A stretch of DNA of 64,000 nucleotides from Candidatus Marinacidobacterales bacterium (GTDB taxonomy: Bacteria; Acidobacteriota; Vicinamibacteria; Marinacidobacterales; DATDRI01): NCBI GenBank assembly GCA_965219415.1, contig CBDCNP010000002.1, positions 4,544,001-4,608,000 on the forward strand. Direction: 5' to 3'. The stretch's first letter is position 1. Every line of letters begins with the position of its first letter. The notes beneath the pieces are model-generated. The model was not told the DNA's origin, made no database searches, and saw only the letters and a program-made list of their open reading frames with translations. Shown piece after piece: positions 21,764-32,619 of this stretch. The translations under genes were made by a program, and so were the position numbers.

Positions 21764-22534
21764 GGAGTTCGGAGAGAAGTCGCTCCATCATGCGCTTAGG
21801 GAATACGTCGTCTACCATCACCATGAGAGGAATCATCAAGGCAAGGAGAATTTGCTGCTGATCCCAGCCAGCGACCAGTTGCATCAGTCCGGGCGCAAGG
21901 TGCGCTCCGGGTGCTTCCGCCATCAAGTGTTGCTACGCGGCTGCGGGCAGTGGTTCAGGTGCGGAAGAGACCAGGTTGCGCGCCCCAGTGAGCAGGAAAA
22001 CCTCGATCCGCGACCACAAAGGAATCGTCGTCGCCAAGAAGATGTCTCGAAAGGTGAGCCCGTCTGGTCAAAATACTCGAACGCCCAGCGGGTCAGCAGT
22101 TTGCACCTTCGCAAAGGCCGCTTGAATCCGCCATCGCTGTCGGATACGTATTCCAGTTCAGCGGAAGGAGTTGCGATGGACTGGAAGACCATGCTGAGCT
22201 ACATCCCAGGATCCGTGGATGCGGAGTTGCTCCTGCGCAACGAGTATCTTGTGGCCGAGAATCGAGTTCTTCGAAATCAGCTCCAGGGTCGCTTGCACCT
22301 GACCGATGGCGAACGGCGGTCTCTGGCCGAGCTCGGAAAGCGTCTGGGTAAGCAAGCCCTTGATAAGATCGCGAGTATCGTGAATCCCGACACGATCCTA
22401 GGTTGGCACCGGAGGCTTGTCGCGAAGAAGTTCGACAGCTCCGAGAACCCGTGAGGTCAAAATACTCATACAGCTTCCCGTTGGAAAGGTGCAAACTGCT
22501 GACCCGCTGGGCGTTCGAGTATTTTGACCAGACG
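21764..22534. mobile_element. Stack of IS remnants: rve C-terminal fragment, IS1 right end (21910-22058), rve IS left part (22059-22449), ~85-bp mini-element (22449-22534)
   Basis: ERNHQGKEN; match to the IS1 3' end at 61407-61535; MDWKTMLSY..LLLRNEYLVAENR; GGTCAAAATACTC inverted termini. Confidence 0.8.
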
Positions 22535-23466
22535 CGGTGAGAAATTTTCAGTCGGCGCTTGTTCGGTTTGAGCACCATCCCACTTCCGAATCGCTGGTGG
22601 TAGCGCTGCACGAAGAGCTGTCGGAATTCGTCTGGGCAACGCCGCGCAGGCGTTCGGAGACGGGTTTCGGGATGACCTGTCACCCAGGCAAGCGCCCACT
22701 CCGACGGAATAGGCTTGCCAGCCGCGACGATCTGACCGAGCGCTAGACGCACTTCCGAGGCAAGCTCGCCACTCCCACTACCGAAAGTCGGCGGGCGCTT
22801 CCAGGCTCTTTCTTGCGACCAAAGCGCTCGGGCCAACTGGATCAATGAGGTGCTATATCTGTCGAACGATCTGTTCCCAGCGTAGATTGAGCGCAGACGT
22901 TCGACCTCGGCGATCAGCGCGTGGGCCTCACCCCGACGCTCCGGAAGGTACCGAAGGTCGAAGAGGAGCCGGCGCTCTAGGCCGTAGAAGAAGAGGAAGA
23001 CGTACCCAATGTAGGCGTTCGTGTCTGACCGTCCGCCCACGAGCCAATCGAGATAGGCGGCGCGAGACTCGTCTGGGATCCGGGAATACGAGGGCCAGTA
23101 GCCCATGCCCTCGCCGGAATAGTCACGGCGGCCGCGGGCAACCTTCAGTGCGGGAACGATCAGAGCGGGCTCGCAATCCTGCCAGCCCCCGACTGGCAAC
23201 AGTGAAGAGCCTACGTAGACCATGCCCCCCGAGATGAGGCGATTCGCGACCTTCGCGTCGGATTCCGGTGGGATCCACAGTTGGTCGGCGGCTCGCGCGT
23301 GCTTGGCCGGCTCGACGCGGTGGCGGGTTGTGGACGGGAACTGAACCTCCCCGTCCGATTCGACGTCGACCGAGTTCGTCACTACATTGATCAAGATGCC
23401 AATCAGAACGAGGCCAACGAGGATAAAGAGGCCGATCAGAACGAGGCCAACGAGAGCGCTCATCAT
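22535..23466 (-). pseudogene. TerB N-terminal domain protein (Shango SngA-like), 3' truncated
   Basis: YWPSYSRI..RAAYLDWL..IGYVFLFFYGLERRL; N-terminal TM; cut by an IS end. Confidence 0.8.
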
Positions 23467-23549
23467 TGCAATTCACTATACAACAAGCTGTCGCCCCCTG
23501 ATTCCTTCTCGGGTGCTTGCGCTGTTTGCTGTTGGTAATGTGCACGCAT

Positions 23550-24379
23550 CCCGTCCTGTGCCAAAACTCGGCCCTTTTGAAATAGGCCATAAATCAGCAG
23601 CTTAGTGTCTGTGTTTGCGACCGTGCCAAGGGCCGCAGGCTCTACAATCGTCTTGGGCGGACGGGTCGTCACCATGCAGAAGACCACCTAGGCGAGGGCG
23701 AATATCCAAGCGTGTTCCTGAATCTGTCGCAGCGATAGCGCCCCCATGAGCCTTGATGAAGGTGCTCCACGGCATACTCTTGCTCCGCTCCGGGGCAGGC
23801 GCGATACCGTGCTCGGCGAGGGCCCCCTTGATGGTGTTGCGTCCGAGTTCATATCCGAGGTTCTTGAGTGCGCCCTGCAGGCGCGTATATCTCCATGTCA
23901 GGTTCTCCCGCGCCACACGTACCATGAGCTCACGGACGTCCTTCGCCGTGGGAGGTCGGCCTGGACTCCGGTTCTTGGTGCCATCGTACTTGGCTGCGAT
24001 GAGGTAGCGGTACCAGCGCAACAGCGTAGCGGGTGTGGCAACGGACGCAATCTCGGCCAGCACCCAGCGGCCCAAGGCCTGGGCCTTGACGGCGAGCCTG
24101 CGCCGGTCGTCGTCAGAGAGCCTGAGACGTTTGCCCCGAACCCGGCTCGGAGCACACGGTTCTCCTCTCGCAGGTAGTCAACCACGTCCTGCTGCTGGCG
24201 GTTGACCCAGCCAGAACGAGCAGTAAGAATTGCACATGGTACGTCATGATGGATCCGAAGATAACACCCTCGGGCCAGACGATTGTAAAGCCCACGGCCC
24301 TTGACCTAGTCGCAAAACACAGACTCTAAGTGGCTGATTTATGGCCTATTTCAAAAGGGCCGAGTTTTGGCACAGGACG
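23550..24379 (-). mobile_element. Internally deleted rve IS with long (~100 bp) terminal inverted repeats
   Basis: CGTCCTGTGCCAAAACTC at both ends in inverted orientation; frameshifted QFLLLVLAG..DYLREENRVL..TLLRWY..RLGGLL. Confidence 0.8.
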
Positions 24380-24383
24380 CGGT

Positions 24384-24529
24384 CGCGAGCTACATCGAGG
24401 AGTTCTACAATCCGTATCGACTCCACTCCTCACTCGATTACAACAGCCCAATGGTGTTCGAACGCATTCATGACCTCAAAACCGCTCATGCGAGATAATC
24501 AACCTGTCCACTTTTCCTGGGCAAGGTCA
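24384..24529 (+). mobile_element. IS3-family 3' remnant with right inverted repeat
   Basis: YIEEFYNPYRLHSSLDYNSP followed by CTGTCCACTTTTCCTGGGCAAGGTCA. Confidence 0.65.
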
Positions 24530-24774
24530 CTAGACGCCCTTTAGCGAATTGCGGACTGCATTGAAAAGGGTAAACTGAGTCAGATGGGAGGCGTACACGG
24601 CAGAATCGACGGCTCATCAGCTGGCCGGAAGTTTCCCGTGATCGATGTGAAACGGCAGATGTACCACCAAGATGTGCTGGATCGCCTTGTCGAACTGTTC
24701 ATCGAGTTCACGGCCAAAGCCGGTCGAGAGTGGTTCCAGACAGTGGGTCAGGAAAGCGTTTTTCTTGAAGACTC

Positions 24775-26559
24775 GTGACCATGGAGTTTGGAAGGAGCGT
24801 GAACGAGTTCAGTTGGCTTCTAATCTCCGACCTTCACCTCAAATCCGACTACGCCACATGGAGCCAGAGCGTTGTGCTCCGCGACATGGTTCGAGACATA
24901 AAACGTCGTTCGGAAGAGCATCCGACCATCCAGTTCATTATCGTCAGTGGTGACCTCGCGTACGCGGGCAAACCTGAGCAATATACGCTCGTCGAGTCCT
25001 TTCTGGATGATCTCATAGGACCGCTACAACTCGACAGGTCCGACGTTCTTATCGTTCCGGGGAACCACGACGTAGATCGGGACGTACAAGTGCTGGCGTT
25101 TCACGGTTCCAGGAGCCAGTTCACAAGCGCGAACAACGTTGAACGATTTCTATCTGACCCTGATGAGAGGGTTCCGCTCTTGGCGCGCCTCCGAGCCTTC
25201 TCGGATTTTGAGTCTGATTACTGCCAAGGAATCGAGCGCGTCTTCACGGACGGCCGACTCGCTTATATTTCGCGGCGGCTTGTTGGCGGGTTGCCATTGG
25301 CTATTGTCGGCCTTAACTCGGCATTGGCCTGCGGTGACGACGATGACCGAAATATCGTCGTTGGCGACCGACCCATTATTGAGGTAGTCGAGAATATTCG
25401 AGAAGCCGACGTTCGACTCGTCATCGGTATACTGCACCACCCTCCCGTTTGGTTGCGCGAATTCGACAGAAGAACCCTTGAGCACCGTTTTTTGCCCCAC
25501 TGCGACATTCTCCACAGGGGACATATTCACGAGTCAGGTGTCGAACCTGTTGTCACATCGAAGGAAACGAATTGTTTGGTTGTCGCCGCCGGAGCGAGCT
25601 ATGTCGGTAGACAGTTCAAGAATTCCTACTCCATCGTTTCGCTGAATGTCGCTGCTGCAACTTGTAGTGTGACGAACCACGAATACGAGAACCATTCGGG
25701 GAAATTCCGTAGCGCTGAGACGCAGACGCACGAAGTTCGGTTACGCGGTGATGTGCCCGGGGACACAAAGGATTTGGTGACCGCGATACAGGCACTGAAT
25801 GTCGCGGCGAACGAATTCGCGCCTTACTTAGCGGGGCTCATCGACAATCGAGTGTCAGACATTCCTTTGAGACTGAATGGTCGGCTGACTTTCGGAGCCG
25901 CTGGACTGCTGGACCCTGGAGATCCCTTCACAAAGGTGACGAAGGACTTCCTGAATACTCGTAACGCTCTTCTCGGATTCTCTCGTGAAACATCGCTCGC
26001 AGATCGAATTAGGTACGTTTCAGGTCCCATTATGCGCTACGCGGAACGACTCCACGCTCTTGCGGCTAACGATGAGCGCTTCCGCACCGAGTTAGTGTCG
26101 AGAAGTGAGCAGGCAAACGGTCTGTGCCGAGTTCATTTGGAAGAGCAGCCGAGCAACTTGGTCGCGACTCTCGATCTGTTGGCAACCGAAGAGGACTGGG
26201 TAGAACTAGCTGTATTCGCTCGCAGGTACCAGTCGAGCATTGACGCCCATGTCCTGAGAATAGCGACCATGCGATTGGCTCTGGCGCTCGCGCACAGCGA
26301 GAACCCAGAAGAGCAAAGCGAGGCGAGATCGATCGCGGACGGTTTAGTAGATCAGGAAGGTGCGACCGAGGAGTGCTACGAGCTCGCATTTGCCATTAAC
26401 CGTCGTCATGGGGAATCCGAAAAAGCGAGTCAGTTGCTTGTCGAAGCCGTCGATGTGTTTGGCAATGTGTCTCCGTCCTTCTGTCGGTCAGGCTACGCTT
26501 TCGCTGCGGAAACGGGCATTACCGCAGTTAAGGAGAAGCTCGACGTGCTGAAGGGATGA
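24775..26559 (+). CDS. Calcineurin-like metallophosphoesterase with C-terminal helical/TPR-like region
   Basis: ISDLH, SGDLA, PGNHD, HHPP and GHIH motifs. Confidence 0.85.
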   Translation: MTMEFGRSVNEFSWLLISDLHLKSDYATWSQSVVLRDMVRDIKRRSEEHPTIQFIIVSGDLAYAGKPEQYTLVESFLDDLIGPLQLDRSDVLIVPGNHDVDRDVQVLAFHGSRSQFTSANNVERFLSDPDERVPLLARLRAFSDFESDYCQGIERVFTDGRLAYISRRLVGGLPLAIVGLNSALACGDDDDRNIVVGDRPIIEVVENIREADVRLVIGILHHPPVWLREFDRRTLEHRFLPHCDILHRGHIHESGVEPVVTSKETNCLVVAAGASYVGRQFKNSYSIVSLNVAAATCSVTNHEYENHSGKFRSAETQTHEVRLRGDVPGDTKDLVTAIQALNVAANEFAPYLAGLIDNRVSDIPLRLNGRLTFGAAGLLDPGDPFTKVTKDFLNTRNALLGFSRETSLADRIRYVSGPIMRYAERLHALAANDERFRTELVSRSEQANGLCRVHLEEQPSNLVATLDLLATEEDWVELAVFARRYQSSIDAHVLRIATMRLALALAHSENPEEQSEARSIADGLVDQEGATEECYELAFAINRRHGESEKASQLLVEAVDVFGNVSPSFCRSGYAFAAETGITAVKEKLDVLKG

Positions 26560-26565
26560 GGCTTA

Positions 26566-28833
26566 TTGATGAGTAGCGACAAATCCTTCGAAGTGGGGAT
26601 GGACTTCAAGCACGTCCACAAGACAATCTCTGAGCACGTATACGAATCCCCACTGGCCTTTCTACGAGAGAACGTGCAGAACGCGCTGGACGCGATCCGG
26701 ATGCAAGCCCACGCTGATGGGAAAGAGCCAGGCGATGACAACTACGAGATTGCGATTCACGTTACAGAAGCCGATTGCACCATAAGGGACAACGGTATCG
26801 GAATGTCATCGGATGATTTACGCCGGTACTTCTGGACTATTGGGGCCAGTGGCAAGCGCAGTCCAGCGGCCAGAGACGCTGGATGCGTTGGGATGTTCGG
26901 CATCGGAGGCTTTGCGAACTTTGGCGTCTGTGATTCTCTGACCGTTACATCGAGAAGGAGCGATGACGCAATTGGAACACTAACCTGTCTCACGGAAGAG
27001 GAAATAGAAAGGGCAACGACCGGCTTCCCGAAGGTTGAAGCAGAGGATTCACACGATGCTGACCCACGCGGCACGGTCGTCGCGGGGCACTTCAAACCCG
27101 AATATAAGAACCGTAACAACGTTCAAGAGCTGAAGGATTATATTGTCGGGTTCGTTCGGTACGCGAAGGAGCGCGTGATCTACAATGACGCACTGATAAG
27201 CCAGAAGAATTGCTTTGACTCGGCGCAGGCGGAGAAGCTAACGCCTATCACTCCAGACGCAACGACGTGGTCCAATGGCGCAATCGAGCTTACAGGTCAG
27301 CTTTTTCACAACAAGACCGCTAGCACGGTCATAGCGCGGATCACTGAATTGAAAGTGTCTAACCAGGATGTGAGATTTCAGGCTGACCTTAGAATGAACA
27401 ATGGTCCGATTGACATTCTCAAACGTGGCTTCAAGCTATGTGCTACCACAATCCATACTCAGATCGGTGTTTCGGGCCGAATCGACTGTGATCGGATGTC
27501 ACCGACCGCAGGGCGAGATTCGCTGAATTCCGAATCGACCGCTCTCCTCCAAGCGATCGCCAACTCTCTAGAAGGTGTGGTGGTTGAGGCGATTCTCGAA
27601 TCCGAAGAGCTACTGGCTCAGCATGGACGTATATACCGGTATGTGAAGCAAAAGGGTCGGGTCGAGCGCCTCGGTAAGTCGAGAGTGACCATGGCTGATG
27701 GGTCGTCAAAACTGTTGGGATCGATTCAAGAAAGCGCAACCAACGGCGTTAGTGTGTTCTTTGGTGAGCACCAGAAGGAAGCCTTGAGCCAAATAATGCA
27801 GGCGCGCGGGAATCTTGTCGTTCTACTCCCGAATGATCGCCATCGAAGTCGGGCTGTACAGTCGTTCTTAACTAGTTACTGCGCGGCCAAGCCATTTTCT
27901 GGAATTGTCGAGTTTAAAGAAGTGTATAAAGATCTGGATCGTTTCGAGCGCGTGTTTCTGAGCGAGCTGGAGATGACGATTCAGTCGGAGTTCGATGTGC
28001 GCAACGTGAAGTTCACGCCCGGGAGTCTCACAGAGGATATTCCTGTTTACTTGAGTGATGCGAGGGGGGACGGCCCCTTGGAAATTGCGGTGGATGTTCG
28101 GCATCCGGAAATTGCGAAGTTGAGAAAACTTGAGTTTGGACCGTTACTCTACTCACTTATCGGAACATTCTGTCGCGAATACTTGAGCTTAGCCCTTCGC
28201 AAGAGGAGTCCGAAATTCTTCGGAAGCGGGGCGGTAAACCTCGACTCACTTGAGAAGAAGCGCTCTGAGCTTTGGGTGCTGGTTAAGGACGATATTCACA
28301 CAGTCTCGCGAAGTGCGAAGAGGCAGGTTGTGAGACGCTCTGATGTGCACACGATTACAGCAGGTGGTAGTGCTTCAAGCCGGCCGTTGGTAAGGAACCC
28401 CAAGCTCCTACACATTCAAGGTGACGAGGAATTCCGCGACATTCTGGGCTACTACATACGTATACCGGACCCAGCGACGAAAGCATTCGGTGACGTCATC
28501 AAGCAGTACGATAACCGAGGCTCCGTTTGGGGCGGTAACAAGGTGATGTTCGTAGCATCGGACGGGATTAGTAGTGCGTTCCAATTTGAGCTTCGACTGG
28601 AGCACGTTGTCACGACCGAAGTCAACGGGGTTCAATCGACGGAAGGCGCGGAACAGCTCGGTCACGCCGTCCAAGAGATCGAGGGAGGGTTGTATTTCCC
28701 GATCTCTGTTGTCCTCGAATCCCATTTGGTGCCAGCTGGCGATGAGGCCATCCGGATAGAGGTGTCTTCCGGCGACTGGATAGACACAGAGAGTGCGCAC
28801 GCCTGGCGGGCGAAGGAAGAAGAGGACGACTAA
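26566..28833 (+). CDS. HSP90-like (GHKL) ATPase domain protein
   Basis: LRENVQNALDA, IRDNGIGMS, GMFGIGGFA; starts 6 bp after the upstream gene. Confidence 0.85.
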   Translation: MMSSDKSFEVGMDFKHVHKTISEHVYESPLAFLRENVQNALDAIRMQAHADGKEPGDDNYEIAIHVTEADCTIRDNGIGMSSDDLRRYFWTIGASGKRSPAARDAGCVGMFGIGGFANFGVCDSLTVTSRRSDDAIGTLTCLTEEEIERATTGFPKVEAEDSHDADPRGTVVAGHFKPEYKNRNNVQELKDYIVGFVRYAKERVIYNDALISQKNCFDSAQAEKLTPITPDATTWSNGAIELTGQLFHNKTASTVIARITELKVSNQDVRFQADLRMNNGPIDILKRGFKLCATTIHTQIGVSGRIDCDRMSPTAGRDSLNSESTALLQAIANSLEGVVVEAILESEELLAQHGRIYRYVKQKGRVERLGKSRVTMADGSSKLLGSIQESATNGVSVFFGEHQKEALSQIMQARGNLVVLLPNDRHRSRAVQSFLTSYCAAKPFSGIVEFKEVYKDLDRFERVFLSELEMTIQSEFDVRNVKFTPGSLTEDIPVYLSDARGDGPLEIAVDVRHPEIAKLRKLEFGPLLYSLIGTFCREYLSLALRKRSPKFFGSGAVNLDSLEKKRSELWVLVKDDIHTVSRSAKRQVVRRSDVHTITAGGSASSRPLVRNPKLLHIQGDEEFRDILGYYIRIPDPATKAFGDVIKQYDNRGSVWGGNKVMFVASDGISSAFQFELRLEHVVTTEVNGVQSTEGAEQLGHAVQEIEGGLYFPISVVLESHLVPAGDEAIRIEVSSGDWIDTESAHAWRAKEEEDD

Positions 28834-28924
28834 GGAAAATCTGGTGTGATAGCTAGTATTTGCTCGGTGAGGTATTTCTTGTGAAGTCGTAGTGGGCTAG
28901 CACGTTCTGGTCTAGATGCGCCTA

Positions 28925-29068
28925 GGTGCTTCCGCCATCAAGTGATGGGATGGACTCCTCCGCTGACATAGACGGCATCGATGTGCCAAAGTCAGTCGAA
29001 AGAACGCATCGAAAAAGGAGGAGTCCGAATGAAAGATGCGACGATCGCTGTGGGTCTTGCAAAGAACG
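28925..29068 (+). mobile_element. IS1-type terminus interrupted by an IS110 left end, itself truncated
   Basis: Same junction as 59962-60105 (GGTGCTTCCGCCATCAAGTG|ATGG..TGGACTCCTC). Confidence 0.85.
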
Positions 29069-30354
29069 TGTCCATCATCATTATTAATCCGGGACTGGAC
29101 TCTAGGGCCCGGACCGCCCTCGAGCACATGCTGGAGAGCGTGGTCAGCGCGCGAGGGAAGGTGCTGAGGAGGAACTTCTCGGCGACCAGCCGAGTAACGC
29201 GAGCGACCAAGCTGACTCAGGCTGCCTCTCGCCACTCGTATCGATGGTGCAGTCCACCGACTCGCGGCAGTGCGACTACTTTCGCCGTAGGAGACGGTCG
29301 GTGCGTGACCGTTCTCAAGCTCGGTGTGTCCTTGTTCAGCCCCAAGTGGCAACGGTCCTCATGATAGTAGCTGATGTAAGCTCGCACGAGCCGGATGAGA
29401 TGACATGCACCGAGAACCACGACGTGCTCAAGGAGCTCGCGACGGCAGCTGCCGACCCACCGCTCCGCGGTTCCGTTTTGCCATGGGCTGCGAAACGAAG
29501 TGCGAACGGGTTTTGTGCCCGTTGCCTTGATGAACTCGATGACCGCAGCGTTAAAGATGAAGTCGCGATCGAAGATGAGATATCTCGGAGCGGTGTCGTA
29601 GGGAAACGCCTCGCGTAGTTGCTGAATAACCCAAGCAGACGTCGGGTGGAACGTGGCGTTGAAGTGAACGATGTGCCGGCGACCGTGCTCGATGACGAAG
29701 AAGCCGTACAGCAGCCGGAGCGACGCGGTGGGCACGGTGAACAGATCCATGGCGGCGATATCGTCTTTATGGTTGCGCAAGAAAGCCATCCATCGTTTCA
29801 GCTGGTCGGGCTCCGCGGGACGCCGCGGCAGGTATCGCGACACCGTGCTCTCGGAGATGATGAAACCGAGCTTGGTGAGCTCAGCATGGATGCGTGGCGC
29901 CCCCCAGCCGTCTTGCGCCATCGTGCGGACGAGGCGACGAATCTCGGCATCAATCCGAGGCCGACCGGGATGGCGGCGCTGCGAGATATTTGCCCAGTAC
30001 CGTCGGAATCGGTCGCGATGCCAACGGGCCACGGTGTCCGCGTGGACGATGAGCAGGCGGCTCGCCCACACGGGCCACGAACCTCGAAGGGCAACCCAGA
30101 AAGCCCGTTCCGTGTCTTCGAGCGGTGGGCGTGGGCGCTCTTTCTTCAGCGCCGTCACTTGCTGCCGCAAAGCGACGTTCTCCAACACCAGGTCGGCGCG
30201 GCGCCGACACATCGCCCGAATGGCACGGACGCCAAGTGAGACGAGGAAGACAACAACGTTGAGCATAGCGGCGGAGTTTCGCCGTCTTCGGCCCGGAATT
30301 CAAGCGGAGCGTAAGTCCTTGATTTCGTGGGCGGAGCAGTTTTGACGATGCACA
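29069..30354 (-). mobile_element. rve IS, copy 4 (transposase 29217-30266)
   Basis: Same termini and ORF as copy 1. Confidence 0.9.
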
Positions 30355-32615
30355 GGCTTCGGGGACAGCGCTTGCCACTCCGTGCTTGCCGCGTCGCTGG
30401 CGACAAGCCGATCGTACTTGCCGGCGCCGCCAGCCTGCTCGCGCACGCCCCAAACGTCGGCATGGTTGTATGCGGGGCGAATCGGCACGGTTCCACTTGG
30501 GGGGCACATGAATAAGCCGATGGCAACGCCCTGCTGGATGTCGAAGATGTTCTCATCCTTGCCGCCGTCCGGCGCGCGGTCCTTCTTCTTCGCGTTGCCG
30601 TGCAGGTCAAGCAGGTGTATTTGCGGAAATGTAGCAGCGAGGCTCTCGCGCATGCCGCGAAACGTGGGGTTGTCCAGGTAGCTGTGGTTGGTGATGAAGC
30701 CGAATAGGCCTAGGCCCGTGCGTTCGATCTGCCAGTGGGCGAGGCGGATGAACTTTACGTAGTCGTCGTTCAGCCATTTGGGATTACGTTCGTTCAGCGG
30801 GCCGCCGTCAACCTCGAAATAGTTCTCCACGCGCAGCGTACCCGCACTCCCCCGGAGCAACTCCCGAATCCAGGCGCCCTTGTTGGCAGAGTGGCCCGAG
30901 TACGGTGGGTTGCCGATGATGACCGTGAACCGTGCGGCACGCTTGACCTCGTTCACCGCCTGGGCTTCGTCGGCTAGCGCCGGAATCGCGAAGTCGAAAG
31001 CTCCTTGTGAAAAATCCTGCTCCGATTCCAGCGCGTTGGTGAGATACACTCGCGCCCGCTCGTCGCTGCCGAAGCGGTAGCCGGTCTCGTAAAGCTTGAG
31101 GCCGATCTTGAGGTGGGCGATGGCATAGGGTGCCATCAGGAGTTCGTAGCCGTGCAGGCGCGGCAGCAGGTGCTTTGGCACGTACTCGTTCCAAAACGCG
31201 TCGATCTTCTTCTCGCCGTGCCCCTGTGCCTTCCACTTGGCGACAAGCGTCTTGTGGATGAGGTCGATGGCCTCCACGAGGAAGGTGCCAGTGCCGGTGG
31301 CGGGATCGAGGATCTGCACGAAACCCTGATCCGGCGAGATGGCGTCGGGGATGCTCAGGCCCTCGCGGCGTTCTGCCATCTCCCCCCACGTTGCGGTGTC
31401 CGCGAGGCCATCCTTCAGCTTGAACTCGCTCCGCAGCAAGGTATGCACGGAGCGGACGATGTAGGAGACGATCGGGCGCGGGGTGTAGAAAACGCCGCGC
31501 TGCATCCGTTTCTCCGCGTCGTACTCCTTCAGGAACAGCTCGTAGAAGTGAATAACCGGGTCTTCTCGTGGGTTTCGGTCGCCGAAGTCGCGGACCACGG
31601 CTTCCATGTTGGCGTTGTCGAGTAGTTCGACAACCTCGGCAACGCCGAGCTCGTCGAAGTCGATCCCCTCAGCGCCCGGCTCGTTGTGGCGCCCGCCGAC
31701 CTTGAGGAACATTTCCATCAAGTCGCGGAGAAATGGGTTTGTGCGCATGTGACTTGCGAAGTCGTCGACCGTTTTCTTGTGCGGATCGGCGATGCGCGCG
31801 GAGAGCAGGCCGTATGCGATCGTCTGGGCGTACATGTCGGCGAAGCCGTCCGCGTCCAGGTCGTGAACGAGCGCTGTCTGGAACGCCTTCATGAGTTTGT
31901 TCAGCGGGCCGTGTTGGGTCTCGATGGCGATGGCGGTCGTGATGCGGTCGCGGATGGTGCGCGCGAGCTCGGCCAGACGAACCGCAAGCTCGCGGGACGT
32001 GGTGATGACCTCACGGTGGCGAAGCGTGAAGGCGGCACGCCACTGCTCGCGCCACGCGTTGGCGTCACCGTCGTTTTTGGGCCAGGCGAGGTGCTCGGTT
32101 AGCTCCGTGGCAACGGCGTCGAGGTGCAACGCGGTGTCGCGGTTGTCCCAGCCGAGCACCTTGAGGGTCGGCAGGTCGTGGCCGTACGTGGGCGTCGAGA
32201 AGTGGGCGAAGCTGATCTGTCGCTCGTCACCCACGCCGTAGTTGGAGATGAAGAGCAGATCATCCTTGGCCCAGGCGGTCCGCTCGGCGCTGTTGGCGGA
32301 GGCACGCTTCTTGAGTGCCACCTGGCTTAAGATGCGGCGTAGCGCCACGACGGGGAGCTTCTTCGGCTCGAACTTGACGAAGAAGATGCCCCAGGGCTGG
32401 CGCGGCGAGAGGGGGCGTAGGCGCTTGATACTCTCGATTTTGGCCGCGGTCTTCGGGTCGATGCCGAGCTCATCGGCGGTGAAGTCGTAGAACAGATCGT
32501 CCACGTCCTCGAACGAGTCCCGCGCAATCGGCCAGCCCATCTCGTCGCGCAGGTAGGCGATGAGCTGGTCGAAGCGCTTGATGCTCGCGAGGGCGCTACG
32601 GTGGTCGGTCGGCAT
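30355..32615 (-). pseudogene. N6-adenine DNA methyltransferase (type ISP/IIG-like), 3' truncated by IS
   Basis: GVFYTPRPIV, ILDPATGTGTF, IIGNPPY, LNDDYVKFIR, TFRGMR; the target-recognition region is missing. Confidence 0.85.
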
Positions 32616-32619
32616 CGAC

